A stretch of DNA of 64,000 nucleotides from Eledone cirrhosa (taxonomy: Eukaryota): the NCBI GenBank assembly GCA_964016885.1, contig OZ024740.1, positions 17,422,001-17,486,000 on the forward strand, read 5' to 3'. The translations under genes were made by a program, and so were the position numbers. The notes under the pieces were generated by a model that had not been told where the DNA came from, made no database searches, and was given only the letters and a program-made list of their open reading frames with translations. Positions 28,101-41,422 of this stretch are shown here, piece by piece (positions within the stretch are counted from its first letter, which is position 1; each line of letters opens with the position of its first letter).

Positions 28101-31100
28101 GTAGACTTAGATCTCTTGTAGACACCAACACAGCATTGTGTGTGGTCTTGAGGTAGCCTTAGCTCTCTTGTAGACACCAACACTGCATTGTGTGTAGTCT
28201 TGAGGTAGACTTAGCTCTCTTGTAGACACCAACACAGCATTGTGTGTGGTCTTGAGGTAGACATAGCTCTCTTGTAGACACCAACACAGCATTGTGTGTG
28301 GTCTTGAGGTAGACATAGCTCTCTTGTAGACACCAACACAGCATTGTGTCTGGTCTTGAGGTAGACTTAGCTCTCTTGTAGACACCGACACAGCATTGTG
28401 TGTGGTCTTGAGGTAGACTTAGCTCTCTTGTAGACACCAACAGAGAATTGTGTGTGGTCTTGAGGTAGACTTAGCTCTCTTGTAGACACCAACACAGCAT
28501 TGTGTGTGGTCTTGAGGTAGACTTAGCTCTCTTGTAGACACCAACACAGCATTGTGTGTGGTCTTGAGGTAGACTTAGCTCTCTTGTAGACGCCAACACA
28601 GAATTGTGTGTGGTCTTGAGGTAGACTTAGCTCTCTTGTGGACACCAACACAGCATTGTGTGTGGTCTTGAGGTAGACTTAGCTCTCTTGAGGACGCCAA
28701 CACAGCATCGTGTGTTTTCTTGAGGTAGACTTAGCTCTCTTGTAGACACCAACACAGCATTGTGTGTGGTCTTGAGGCAGACTTAGCTCTCTTGTAGACA
28801 CCAACACAGCATTGTGTTTGGTCTTGAGGTAGACTTAGCTCTCTTGTAGACACCAACACAGCATTGTGAGTGGTCTTCAGATAGACTTAGCTCTCTTGTA
28901 GACACCAACACACAGCATTGTGTGTGGTTTTGAGGTAGACATAGCTCTCTTGTAGACACCAACACAGCATTGTGTGTGGTCTTGCGGTAGACTTAGCTCT
29001 CTTGTAGACACCAACTCAGCATTGTCTGTGGTCTTGAGGTAGACTTAGCTCTCTTGTAGACACCAACACAGCATTGTGTCAGGTCTTGAGGTAGACATAG
29101 CTCTCTTGTAGACACCAACACAGCATTGTGTGTGGTCTTGAGGTAGACTTAGCTCTCTTGTAGACACCAACACAGCATTGTGTGTGGTCTTGAGGTTGAC
29201 TTAGCTCTCTTGTAGACACCAACACAGCATTGTGTGTGGTCTTGAGGTTGACTTAGCTCTCTTGTAGACACCAACACAGCATTGTGTGTGGTCTTGAGGT
29301 AGACATAGCTCTCTTGTAGACACCAACACAGCATTGTGTGTGGTCTTGAGGTAGACTTAGCTCTCTTGTAGACACCAACACAGCATTGTGTGTGGTCTTG
29401 AGGTAGACATAGCTCTCTTGTAGACACCAACACAGCATTGTGTGTGGTCTTGAGGTAGACTTAGCTCTCTTGTAGACACCAACACAGCATTGTGTGTGGT
29501 CTTGAGGTAGACATAGCTCTCTTGTAGACACCAACACAGCATCGTGTGTGGTCTTGAGGTAGACTTAGCTCTCTTGTAGACACCAACAGAGCATTGTGTG
29601 TGGTCTTGAGATAGACTTAGCTCTCTTGTAGACACCAACACAGCATTGTGTGTGGTCTTGAGGTAGCCTTAGCTCTCTTGTAGACACCAACACAGCATTG
29701 TTTGTGGTCTTGATGTAGACTGAGCTCTCTTGTAGACGCCAACACAGCATTGTGTGTGGTCTTGCGGTAGACTTAGCTCTCTTGTAGACACCAACAGAGC
29801 ATTGTGTGTGGTCTTGAGATAGACTTAGCTCTCTTGTAGACACCAACACAGCATTGTGTGTGGTCTTGAGGTAGCCTTAGCTCTCTTGTAGACACCAACA
29901 GAGCATTGTGTGTGGTCTTGAGATAGACTTAGCTCTCTTGTAGACACCAACACAGCATTGTTTGTGGTCTTGATGTAGACTGAGCTCTCTTGTAGACGCC
30001 AACACAGCATTGTGTGTGGTCTTGAGGTAGACTTAGCTCTCTTGTAGACGCCAACACAGAATTGTGTGTGGTCTTGAGGTAGACTTAGCTCTCTTGTGGA
30101 CGCCAACACAGCATCGTGTGTTTTCTTGAGGTAGACTTAGCTCTCTTGTAGACACCAACACAGCATTGTGTGTGGTCTTGAGGCAGACTTAGCTCTCTTG
30201 TAGACACCAACACAGCATTGTGTGTGGTCTTGAGGTAGACTTAGCTCTCTTGTAGACACCAACACAGCATTGTGAGTGGTCTTCAGGTAGACTTAGCTCT
30301 CTTGTAGACACCAACACACAGCATTGTGTGTGGTTTTGAGGTAGACATAGCTCTCTTGTAGACACCAACACAGCATTGTGTGTCGTCTTGCGGTAGACTT
30401 AGCTCTCTTGTAGACACCAACTCAGCATTGTCTGTGGTCTTGAGGTAGACTTAGCTCTCTTGTAGACACCAACACAGCATTGTGTCTGGTCTTGAGGTAG
30501 ACATAGCTCTCTTGTAGACACCAACACAGCATTGTGTGTGGTCTTGAGGTAGACTTAGCTCTCTTGTAGACACCAACACAGCATTGTGTGTGGTCTTGAG
30601 GTTGACTTAGCTCTCTTGTAGACACCAACACAGCATCGTGTGTGGTCTTGAGGTAGACTTAGCTCTCTTGTAGACACCAACAGAGCATTGTGTGTGGTCT
30701 TGAGATAGACTTAGCTCTCTTGTAGACACCAACACAGCATTGTGTGTGGTCTTGAGGTAGCCTTAGCTCTCGTAGACACCAACACTGCATTGTGTGTGGT
30801 CTTGAGGTAGACTTAGCTCTCTTGTAGACACCACACTGCATTGTGTGTGGGCTTGAGGTAGACTTAGCTCTCTTGTAGACACCAACACAGCATTGTGTGT
30901 GGTCTTGAGATAGACTTAGCTCTCTTGTAGACACCAACACAGCATTGTGTCTGGTCTTGAGGTAGACTTAGTTCTCTTGTAGACACCAACACTGCATTGT
31001 GTGTGGTCTTGAGGTAGACTTAGCTCTCTTGTAGACACCAACTCAGCATTGTCTGTGGTCTTGAGGTAGACTTAGCTCTCTTGTGGACACCAACACAGCA

Positions 31101-34100
31101 TTGTGTGTGGTATTGAGGTAGACTTAGATCTCTTGTAGACACCAACACAGCATTGTGTGTGGTCTTGAGGTAGCCTTAGCTCTCTTGTAGACACCAACAC
31201 TGCATTGTGTGTAGTCTTGAGGTAGACTTAGCTCTCTTGTAGACACCAACACAGCATTGTGTGTGGTCTTGAGGTAGACATTACTCTCTTGTAGACACCA
31301 ACACAGCATTGTGTGTGGTCTTGAGGTAGAATTAGCTCTCTTGTAGACACCAACACAGCATTGTGTGTGGTCTTGAAGTAGACTTAGCTCTCTTCAGGAC
31401 ACCAACACAGCATTGTGTGTGGTCTTGAGGTAGACTTAGCTCTCTTGTAGACACCAACACAGCATTGTGTGTGGTCTTGAGGTAGACATAGCTCTGTTGT
31501 AGACACCAACACAGCATTGTGTGTGGTCTTGAGGTAGACTTAGCTCTCTTGTAGACACCAACACAGCATTGTGTGTGGTCTTGAGGTAGACTTAGCTCTC
31601 TTGTAGACACCAACACTGCATTGTGTGTCGTCTTGAGGTAGACTTAGCTCTCTTGTAGACACCAACACTGCATTGTGTGTCGTCTTGAGGTAGACTTAGC
31701 TCTCTTGTGGACACCAACACAGCATTGTGTGTGGTCTTGAGGTAGACTTAGCTCTCTTGTAGACACCAACACAGCATTGTGTGTGGTCTTGAGGTAGACA
31801 TAGCTCTCTTGTAGACACCAACACAGCATTGTGTGTGGTCTTGAGGTAGACTTAGCTCTCTTGTAGACACCAACACAGCATTGTGTGTGGTCTTGAGGTA
31901 GACTTAGCTCTCTTGAGGACACCAACACAGCATTGTGTGTGGTCTTGAGGTAGACTTAGCTCTCTTGTAGACACCAACACAGCATTGTGTGTGGTCTTGA
32001 GGTAGACTTAGCTCTCTTGAGGACACCAACACAGCATTGTGTGTGGTATTGAGGTAGACTTAGCTCTCTTGCAGACACCAACTCAGCATTGTCTGTGGTC
32101 TTGATGTAGACTTAGCTCTCTTGTGGACACCAACTCAGCATTGTCTGTGGTCTTGATGTAGCCTTAGCTCTCTTGTAGACACCAACACTGCATTGTGTGT
32201 AGTCTTGAGATAGACTTAGCTCTCTTGTAGACACCAACACAGCATTGTGTGTGGTCTTGAGGTAGACATAGCTCTCTTGTAGACACCAACACAGCATTGT
32301 GTGTGGTCTTGAGGTAGACATAGCTCTCTTGTAGACACCAACACAGCATTGTGTCTGGTCTTGAGGTAGACTTAGCTCTCTTGTAGACACCAACACAGCA
32401 TTGTGTGTGGTCTTGAGGTAGACTTAGCTCTCTTGTAGACACCAACACAGCATTGTGTGTGGTCTTGAGGTAGACTTAGCTCTCTTGTAGACACCAACGC
32501 AGCATTGTGTGTGGTATTGAGGTAGACTTAGCTCTCTTGTAGACACCAACTCAGCATTGTCTGTGGTCTTGAGGTAGACTTAGCTCTCTTGTGGACACCA
32601 ACACAGCATTGTGTGTGGTATTGAGGTAGACTTAGATCTCTTGTAGACACCAACACAGCATTGTGTGTGGTCTTGAGGTAGCCTTAGCTCTCTTGTAGAC
32701 ACCAACACTGCATTGTGTGTAGTCTTGAGATAGACTTAGCTCTCTTGTAGACACCAACACAGCATTGTGTGTGGTCTTGAGGTAGACATAGCTCTCTTGT
32801 AGACACCAACACAGCATTGTGTGTGATCTTGAGGTAGACATAGCTCTCTTGTAGACACCAACACAGCATTGTGTCTGGTTTTGAGGTAGACTTAGCTCTC
32901 TTGTAGACACCAACACAGCATCGTGTGTGGTCTTGAGGTAGACTTAGCTCTCTTGTAGACACCAACACAGCATTGTGTGTGGTCTTGAGGTAGCCTTAGC
33001 TCTCTTGTAGACACCAACACAGAATTGTGTGTGGTCTTGAGGTAGACTTAGCTCTCTTGTAGACACCAACACAGCATTGTGTGTGGTCTTGAGGTAGACT
33101 TAGCTCTCTTGTAGACACCAACACAGCATTGTGTGTGGTCTTGAGGTAGATATAGCTCTCTTGTAGACACCAACACAGCATTGTGTGTGGTCTTGAGGTA
33201 GACTTAGCTCTCTTGTAGACACCAACACAGCATTGTGTGTGGTCTTGAGGTAGACCTAGCTCTCTTGTGGACACCAACACAGCATTAGTTGTCAAAACAT
33301 ATTGCATCATCATGCTACTATTTATATCCTGGTTCACACACAGCACAACAGGATGTTACAACTGAGCATATATATATATGTGTGTGTGTTGCAAATAGAT
33401 ATACAAACTATATAGGTTACTGCTAAGTAATGAAATAGTTATCCCTCTGTACTGTACTGTCTCACATTATTCCATATTCTGCACCAAATAAATTCAATCC
33501 TTCCACCTGAAAACCAATGGTAACTGACTAGAATTCCTTCTCTATTATTTCTACAAACACCAACCTAGAAATGACCATCCACCCCTATCAATCTTAAGTC
33601 AGTACAAACTATTGCTACAGTTCTTTTGTTTATCCATTACATTATTAAAATAAAACCAAACAAAAAAAAACAGACACACACAAAAACTGCTTAAATCATG
33701 GGATAAAATATATGAAAGATTTAAATTAAACTTTAGTTGAGAAAATATTTCTTACTTTGCAGCAGGCTAAATGTATTATGGTAAAAGCTGTTATAGTTTG
33801 GGGTAGATTTAGTATCATGCTGTTATTTCTGTGAAGAAAAAACACTTTTGACAATATTGTAGTAGCAGAGACATAAGTGTAAAGGGAGATAATAAGTAAC
33901 AACTTCTTGTATAAAATATGGAAAGTATTGTTGTTTTCCTGATATATAAAGTCATTTATTGTGCTATTGTATTTTCTGTCTTCCACTACAATGTCTGTCA
34001 CTGTATTTCACTGGTTGTTGTCTTTAAGGGACATGTTAAACCATCACACTCCCTACTATGTCTTTCTCTTCCTTAGATTTCTCTCATTTCCCCCTCTCTC

Positions 34101-34337
34101 CCTTCCATTGTCTTTCCCCTTGTCTCCCCATCTATCCCCCTTCCACTCTCTCTCCACTTCCCTCCCCTCTCATTCACTGCCCCCACCTTCTGTTTTCCTT
34201 ACAATATTTGTTTGAGCACTCTGGCTTCTGAGTTCAACTTCTATCATGGTCAACTGTGGATTCCATCCAGAGTATATCAACTACCACTACCCCTCTAAAA
34301 GAAAACAAACAAAAGAAATTCTGGCCTAAATTAGAAC

Positions 34338-34585
34338 CATCATCATCATCGTTTAACGTCTATCTTCCATGCTAGCATGGGTTAGACGGGCGTTGTCCCA
34401 CTTGAGGCAAGATTGGTCGGGTGACCGTGTCTCACTCGTATCGGACTATCTGGCAGGTTTTCTACGGCTGGATGCCCTTCCTAACACCAACCACATTTAC
34501 AGTGAGTGCTGGGAACTTTTTACCGTGTTACCTACACATTACAGCGTGGAATGTGTGTTTTTTGTCGTGACACCTACACAATCTT
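34338..34585 (-). mobile_element. RTE-type 3' end fragment with (GAT)n tail
   Basis: (CAT)n then CGTTTAACGTC...GGATGCCCTTCCTAACACCAACCACATTTACAGTG, the reverse complement of the RTE 3' UTR at ~44950-45200. Confidence 0.8.
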
Positions 34586-34996
34586 GATATCATCATCACC
34601 TCAGACCAAAGAGGGCCAGTTCATTTTCACTTTTTCTAACTTGTCTTTCCTTTCTAAGACAGTGAGCATGTGATATGACTTATATTTGGCTTCTATTTCT
34701 AGCCAGTCAAACAACCTCATAGTGGTTATCTTGTTGCTTCATTGTTACACATCAGTCATTACTTTGTAAGGGAGAGAAGTATGTGAGAACTCTTTTTGTC
34801 TTGTTTCTTATTTGTTAGCACACGTCAAGTATGTGTCTAGCACATTACCACATTACAACTTCTGAGACATGAACCAAATAGATGTCACGTAAGTGTTAGA
34901 TCCTTACATCTAGCCATTAGACTGAATCCAGTACTGGGGAATAGCTTTGAAAAGAATTTAGTTGATCATATCGATCCCAGTAAAAGTCTTGATATC

Positions 34997-35318
34997 AGAA
35001 AAGAGTACTGCTGCCATGACTTTCAGAAACATTCATTCTCAGAGTTGCTGAAGCCTGAAACAAACTAGCTGCATCAGTTGTTAGTTGTTGGAACACTGCA
35101 TCCTTCAAAACTTCTATGCTTTCCGAAATTCGCCAACACAACACCTGATATTCCTCCTCCTTACCCACACGCACACATGTATATGTGTGTATATTATGAC
35201 TCATACACTGTTCACTTTCCTGACATTTTTACAATATTCTATGTACTATACATGCACTTTTGATGAGTTGTAGTGCACCTGAGCACTGTACACAATAATT
35301 TTCATTATTATTATTATA
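34997..35318 (+). mobile_element. CR1/L2-type LINE 3' fragment with (ATT)n tail
   Basis: Matches the reverse complement of 45867-46170 (CATGACTTTC.GAAACA...GTGCACCTGAGCACTGTACACAATA...ATTATTATT). Confidence 0.8.
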
Positions 35319-35445
35319 TATTTTAAAAACTCTAAATTACAGGACATTTAAATAAACAGCAACATAAATACCCCCCCCCCCCTCCTCTTTCTCTCTCTCT
35401 TTCTCACGCACAAGTGTTTATATTGTTTCATCTTATATCTTCCAG

Positions 35446-35506
35446 GTTGATTATGATTCAAGTAAAGATATAGAAAATGATGATCATTCGAAATCACAAA
35501 TAACTT
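35446..35506 (+). CDS. Candidate internal coding exon of an unidentified host gene (VDYDSSKDIENDDHSKSQIT)
   Basis: Pyrimidine tract TCATCTTATATCTTCCAG| acceptor, 61-nt open frame, |GTAAGT donor, in non-repetitive sequence. Confidence 0.5.
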
Positions 35507-35900
35507 GTAAGTACCCCCTTGTTGTTGTCAGTATTTTCTTAATGTTTATATGTGATTTTAGGGGTACTTGTTAGTACTCCCATTTATTAATTATTGTCAT
35601 ACTGTTTACATGTGTAATTTCAGGGGTACTTCATACTACCTCCTTGTACTCATTGTCTTACTGTTTACTTCTAAGTACCCCTTTGTACTCATTATTGTCT
35701 TTGAGGTTAGCTTTTCCTGTCATCCTTACGGGGTTGATAAAATAAAGCACCAGTAATGCACTGGGGTCGATTTAATCAACTTCTCCTCTCTTTCAAATTG
35801 CTGGCCTTGTGCCTATAGTAAAAACCATTATTGTCTTACATGTGTCATTTCAGGGGTACTTGTTAGTACCCCCTCGTTGTTGTAGTTGTATTTCTGTTTA
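35500..35900. repeat. Degenerate ~60-bp tandem repeat containing a GGGGTACT-TGTT-AGTACCCC inverted repeat
   Basis: Motif TACATGTG..ATTTCAGGGGTACT recurs at ~35548, ~35608 and ~35838; a SINE fragment interrupts it at ~35700-35830. Confidence 0.55.
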
Positions 35901-36419
35901 CATATGAACACAGGTGAGATTTCCGAAGTATTTCCTTCCAGAAAAGCTGTGAAGAGCTGTGGGTCTCGTCATAGTGTCAGTAGGTGATGGAATACCACAG
36001 AGTCAATAGGGATTTGGAGAGAATATTTTGTGGTATTTGTTCAACCGCAGTACGTAACTGGTATTTTTTATCAACCCCATAACAATGGAAAGCAAAATTT
36101 ACTCATCAAGACTTGAACTCAGAATGTAAGGGACGTAACTCTATGCAGCAGAGCATGTCCGACGCTCTACCGAGTCTACTGCCAATCCGCAATAATATGA
36201 ATGATCGGTTTTCTAAAGTTGGCACAAGTGCCAGACATTTTGGAAGTGAGGTATAGTCAATTATATCAACCCCAGTACATTACTGTTATTTTGTTTTATT
36301 GGTTTCAGAGAGATGGACATTAATGATATTGATAATGGTTATATATTAATAATCACCTCTGTATTGTTTCAATTTTAGTATATGTACTGAAGGTGATGAT
36401 GATGATGATGATATAATAA

Positions 36420-36620
36420 TGGTTTCTACATGGCACAAGGCCAGCAATTTGAGGCGAGGGGGAAATTCAGTTAAATCGGCTCCAGTACATTACTGGTACT
36501 TTATTTTATTGACCCCATAAGGATGAATGGCAAAGTTAACCTCGGTGGAATTTGAACTCAGAACGTAAAGGGCCATAACTCTATGCTGCAAAGAATGTTG
36601 TCCGCTGATACTACCAATAA
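36420..36620 (-). mobile_element. Abundant SINE-like element (B-box-like GAGTTCAAATTCC plus GCC.TTCATCCTT..GGGGTC.ATAAA..AAGTACCAG core)
   Basis: The same core recurs in both orientations at ~34215, ~35700, ~36055, ~37060, ~59740, ~60735 and ~63170. Confidence 0.65.
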
Positions 36621-36778
36621 TAATAATACTAATAGTTTCTGATTTAGCATTATAGGAGAGGAAGAGTCACTGCATTTGACCGCAGTGTTTATTACTGATA
36701 AGGATTGGTAAATTAGGCACAAGCCAGGAATTTTAGGGGAAGGAGATAGTTGATTAAACCAACGCACCCCTGAATTGT

Positions 36779-37025
36779 GGAGGTGCATGGCCCAGTGGTA
36801 AGGGTGTTGGACTTACAATCTTAATGTCGTGGGTTTGATTCCTGGACTGGGTTGTGTGTTGTGTTCTTGAGCAAAACACTTCATTTCACATTGCTCCAGT
36901 ATACTCAGCTGAGAATGAGTACCAGTAATAGCTGGAGAGTTAACCTGTCCAGGGGGAAGTCACTTCATACCACAGAGACTGAGATAAGCACCAGTCTGAT
37001 GAGCTTTTTGGTTTGAGCCAGACTT
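36779..37025 (+). mobile_element. tRNA-derived SINE with CORE-like central domain
   Basis: A-box-like TGGCCCAGTGG, B-box-like GGTTTGATTCC, then GTGTTCTTGAGCAAAACACTT...CTCAGCTG; homologous to the head of 41423-41770. Confidence 0.75.
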
Positions 37026-37814
37026 TAGACTAGACTAGATTTTTAGACCCCCTTACTTGACTAGTACTTTATTTTCTCAAACTTAGAAAGATGAAAGGTA
37101 TATTGAACCCTAGGAAAAATCTGCACTTTGTATGTAAAAGGATGTAACTAAATGAAGTGATACAAGCTCATCTAGTGCTCTACCAATTACACTGTTACAA
37201 CCCTGGTGGGATTAGTCAGAATGTAAAGGGAAATAACTCAATATTATAAGTTGTTTAGCTTCTTACATTGAGACAATTCTAACGAGGTGACCACAAATTC
37301 ATTGAGGATTTCATAAATATATACATACATACTTATATACATATAAATAGATACATACTAATATACACAAACATACACACACCCATTTATATATATATAT
37401 TGAATTAGAAGATTTCACCATATTTTTAACTGAAGAAGATAGTTTAATAATGTGGCATATAAGCCCCCTAAATGGTATAAAGATAGGGATGGCATATTTA
37501 TCTAAGATGGTGCTGCACTTTGTCTAGCAAACAGGAGGTGTGAGTTCAACCCCCATCTGTGCTTGTATGCCTCCTTGTTATTATACTATTTTCTTTGGTC
37601 AAAAATATATATGGTGCAAACTAATTCTAATTCAATTTCAAATTCTGCACACCATCTTCTAAACATGCGTTCTTTCTATACATATATATATACACACACA
37701 AATATATTTATATATATATACACCCAACCCACCACCCTTTCTCTATAGAGTTTTGTTGGTACCACAACATCAAGTCCAAACTAAGTGGTCGTGTAGGTAA
37801 CATGGTAAAAAGCT

Positions 37815-37995
37815 CGCAGTCCACACTGTAAATGTGGTTGGAGTTAGGAAGGGCATCTAGCCGTAGAAAACCTGTCAGACAGTCCTATACGAGTGAGACA
37901 CGGTCACCCGACCAATCTTAACTCAAATGGGACAATTCCCATCTAACCTATGCTAGCGTGGAAGATAGACGTTAAACGATGATGATGATGATGAT
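37815..37995 (+). mobile_element. RTE-type 3' end fragment with (GAT)n tail
   Basis: CCACACTGTAAATGTGGTTGG..TTAGGAAGGGCATC...GACGTTAAAC(GAT)n; near mirror of 34338-34585. Confidence 0.8.
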
Positions 37996-38865
37996 ATAAA
38001 AAGTGTGAACCTAATAAGACTGTGTTTTTGCATCTCTGTACTTGTCTTGTTTATTCTTGAACTATATATATTTATATATGTATACACATAGTCTGTGAAA
38101 ATGCACAGTACAGTGATAATATAAAATGTCACTGGAGAGGTCTACCAATTTATAGGGCTCTCACTGCTGGGGAAACACAATTGTGACTATACAGAGTTTC
38201 CTTTTCTCATTGAAATCATTTCATTTCACTTGTGTGGCTGTGGCACTCTGGGAGTTTTTACTTCTATTGAAAGTCTGATACAACATTACTACTTTGAATA
38301 AGCAGTGAGTAATGGTAGGGGATGTATTCCAATGTACTCTCCTTAGTATATTATGACAGTGTCATTGCAAGTTATGCCCCTGATATCATATTAAAAAGGA
38401 AAATATAAGGTATATTAAACCTACTAAACTGTTCAGTGGGGGTTTCTAATTCTAACACATCTAACGCTCTTAAAAGCATAGTTAGATACTATTCAATGAA
38501 CATTTTCTTGAATTTTTCTCTACCTTTTCTGTGGAATTTCTGATGATTTGAGCCAAAGTTTATTGAATTCAAAGTTACTGAACAGCTACATTTTAATATA
38601 TGTAGCACAATTACAGTGAATGCATAGCTGTATTCCTGAGAGAAAACATTGTACCCTACCCCAGTGATAATAAACTTAATAAGAAGTTAACTGTTTACCC
38701 CAGAGTATATTGTTTAGCTCCAAGTGTCTAGCTCTTAAGATTTGGAGTATGTCTGTTGGGTATATTTTGCATAATTCAATTCCCACTGATGTCTGTTTTT
38801 GTGTACTGAACTCTCGGAAAACATCTAGATTGCATGTCTGTAGTTCCAGATGTAACATTCTACCT

Positions 38866-38880
38866 TTATATGTATATATC

Positions 38881-38917
<37 letters not shown>

Positions 38918-39823
38918 CTCTCTCTCTCTCTCTAGAGAGAGAGATATGTGTATGTATGTATATATATATATATGTATGTATATATATATGTGTGTGTATG
39001 TATATATATGTGTATATATGTATATGTATGTATATATATATATGTATATGTATGTCAGGTCACCAGTTGGTGCTACTGGTAACATGTATCCCAGTACAAC
39101 CTGTCTCATGGTCGGGTCGTTGGCGACTAAACTGGCAACCCCACCAAGGTTTCTTGGTGAGGAGGGTGACTTTGGACATCCTGCAGGACTAAAAACAAAA
39201 CCTGTCAAAGGGCAAAGGAGCTCTTAAGAGTCAATGGCCATCCAAAATCACCGGGAGAGATGACCCTTTAGCCTTTGTCAAGGCAGAATTCTAGGAGAAG
39301 GAAAACTCTGATATAACACCTGCAACCCTGATGGTATCCAATGATGTTGACTTGTTCTTCTTTTTGGTAAATATCATCTTGGTTAAGAGAGTGGGACTGG
39401 CTTTGTGCAGTGCCTTTGCTCACTATAAAAGCTTCACGGCACAGGCATTGCTTTATATCTGGAGATCTCTCTGCACTTGTCCTCACATGGTACCATGGGC
39501 CCAGCACTATGTGTCAATAATTGTCACAAGTGTAGTGTTTGTACCAGAGTTTTCAAGTCGCTGGCTGGACTAAAAAGTCACACTCGTTCAGCGCTTCGGT
39601 AGGGGTTCTCCTACATGGATATAAAGTAGTGGCCGTACTCGAAAACGAGTTGGCAGCCACCATATGTATATATATATGTATGTATATGTACATGTATGTA
39701 TATGTATGTATATATATGTATATGTATGTATGTATATATGTAATGTATGTATGTATGTATGTATGTATGTATGTATATATATGTATGTATATGTATGTAT
39801 GTATGTATATATATGTATGTATG

Positions 39824-39856
<33 letters not shown>

Positions 39857-40420
39857 GTATATATATATATATGTGTGTATATGTATATGTATATATATGT
39901 ATGTATATGTATATATATGTATGTGTATGTATATATATATATATGTATGTATATATGTATATATGTCACTGGACCGAGACCTTTGGCGGTACTCAGTAAC
40001 AGAGAAGACCCGCCTTACCTAAATACATAGTAAAACCTACTACAGCCAGTAGGCATCTCTAACAAAATACCCCCACCCCATCCACGCCACCCCGTTCTAT
40101 GTAAAGTTGTGTTGGTGCCACACCATCCAGGCCGAAACAAATGAGATCGTGTAGGTGTCACGACAAAAAAACACACAGTCCACGCTGTAATGTGGCCGTG
40201 TAGGCAACACGGTAAAAACCTCCCAGACCCACACTGTAAATGTGGTTGGTGTTAGGAAGGGCATCCAACTGTAGAAAACCTGCCAGACAGTCCTATGCGA
40301 GCAAGACAATCACTCTTGCCTCAAGTGGGACTACCCCCGTCCAAACCCATGCAAGCGTGGAACACGGACGTTAAACGTTGATGATGATGATGATGATGAT
40401 GATATATGTATATATATATG

Positions 40421-40451
<31 letters not shown>

Positions 40452-40490
40452 GTATATATATATGTATATGTGTATATATGTATATATATA

Positions 40491-40521
<31 letters not shown>

Positions 40522-40542
40522 GTGTATATATGTATATATATA

Positions 40543-40611
<69 letters not shown>

Positions 40612-41048
40612 GTATATGTATATATGTATATGTATATATGTATATGTATATGTATATATATGTATATGTATATATGTATATGTATATATATATATATGTA
40701 TGTATATGTATATATATATGTATATGTATATATATATGTATATGTATATATATATATATGTATGTATATGTATATATATATGTATATGTATATATATATG
40801 TATATGTATATATATATATATGTATGTATATGTATATATATATATATGTATGTATATGTATATATATATATATGTATGTATATATATATATGTATGCATA
40901 TGTATATATATATACACATACATGTATAGTTTAGAAAGGAAAAGCTAGCTTTAAATAAAACCTCTAAAATAAAACAATATGAAAAAATAAGTGTTTCCAT
41001 GATGCATCCTTCAGATAATATATAGTTTATATATGAAACCCTTGATGA

Positions 41049-41105
<57 letters not shown>

Positions 41106-41388
41106 CATGTATTCATATCTATCTATTTATGTATGTGTGTGTGTATATATATATACACATAAATATATGTGTGTGTGTGTATTTATAGATAGATATGTGT
41201 ATATATATATGTGTGTGTGTGTCTGTATATAGATATGTATATATATATATACATATGTATGTATGTATATGTGAATGTGTGTGTGTGTGTGTATACATAC
41301 ACACATATGCATATATACACATATACAAACAGGTAGATATAGGCATCATGTACACATGCATATATGTCGTATGTGTATGCATACACAA

Positions 41389-41420
<32 letters not shown>
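38866..41420. repeat. Compound (TA)n/(TATG)n/(CA)n microsatellite field with embedded insertions
   Basis: Long TA/TG tracts at 38866-39055, 39661-39963, 40403-40925 and 41050-41420. Confidence 0.95.
39963..40402 (+). mobile_element. RTE family A, heavily 5'-truncated copy
   Basis: Near-identical to 44745-45205 ([19 protein letters not shown], 3' UTR, (GAT)n); TA-rich repeats on both sides. Confidence 0.92.
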
Positions 41421-41421
<1 letters not shown>

Positions 41422-41422
41422 A

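Larger units (their letters stand above)
1..33286. repeat. 52-bp tandem satellite array (~640 monomers), open at the window start
   Basis: Consensus AGACTTAGCTCTCTTGTAGACACCAACACAGCATTGTGTGTGGTCTTGAGGT repeated head-to-tail without interruption; ends abruptly at ...ACAGCATT|AGTTGTC (33286). Confidence 0.99.

Noticed and set aside
1-33286. CRISPR-like array (palindromic repeat)
   Set aside because: No unique spacers, no cas genes, eukaryotic context.
150-33346. About 170 Cys-rich minus-strand ORFs (MLVSTRELSLPQDHTQCC...)
   Set aside because: Translations of a 52-bp unit, which is not a multiple of 3, cycling through frames; no true zinc-finger spacing or gene structure.
37505-37562. tRNA gene (GGTGTGAGTTCAACCCCC)
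   Set aside because: Only a B-box-like remnant with no complete cloverleaf; more likely a decayed SINE head.
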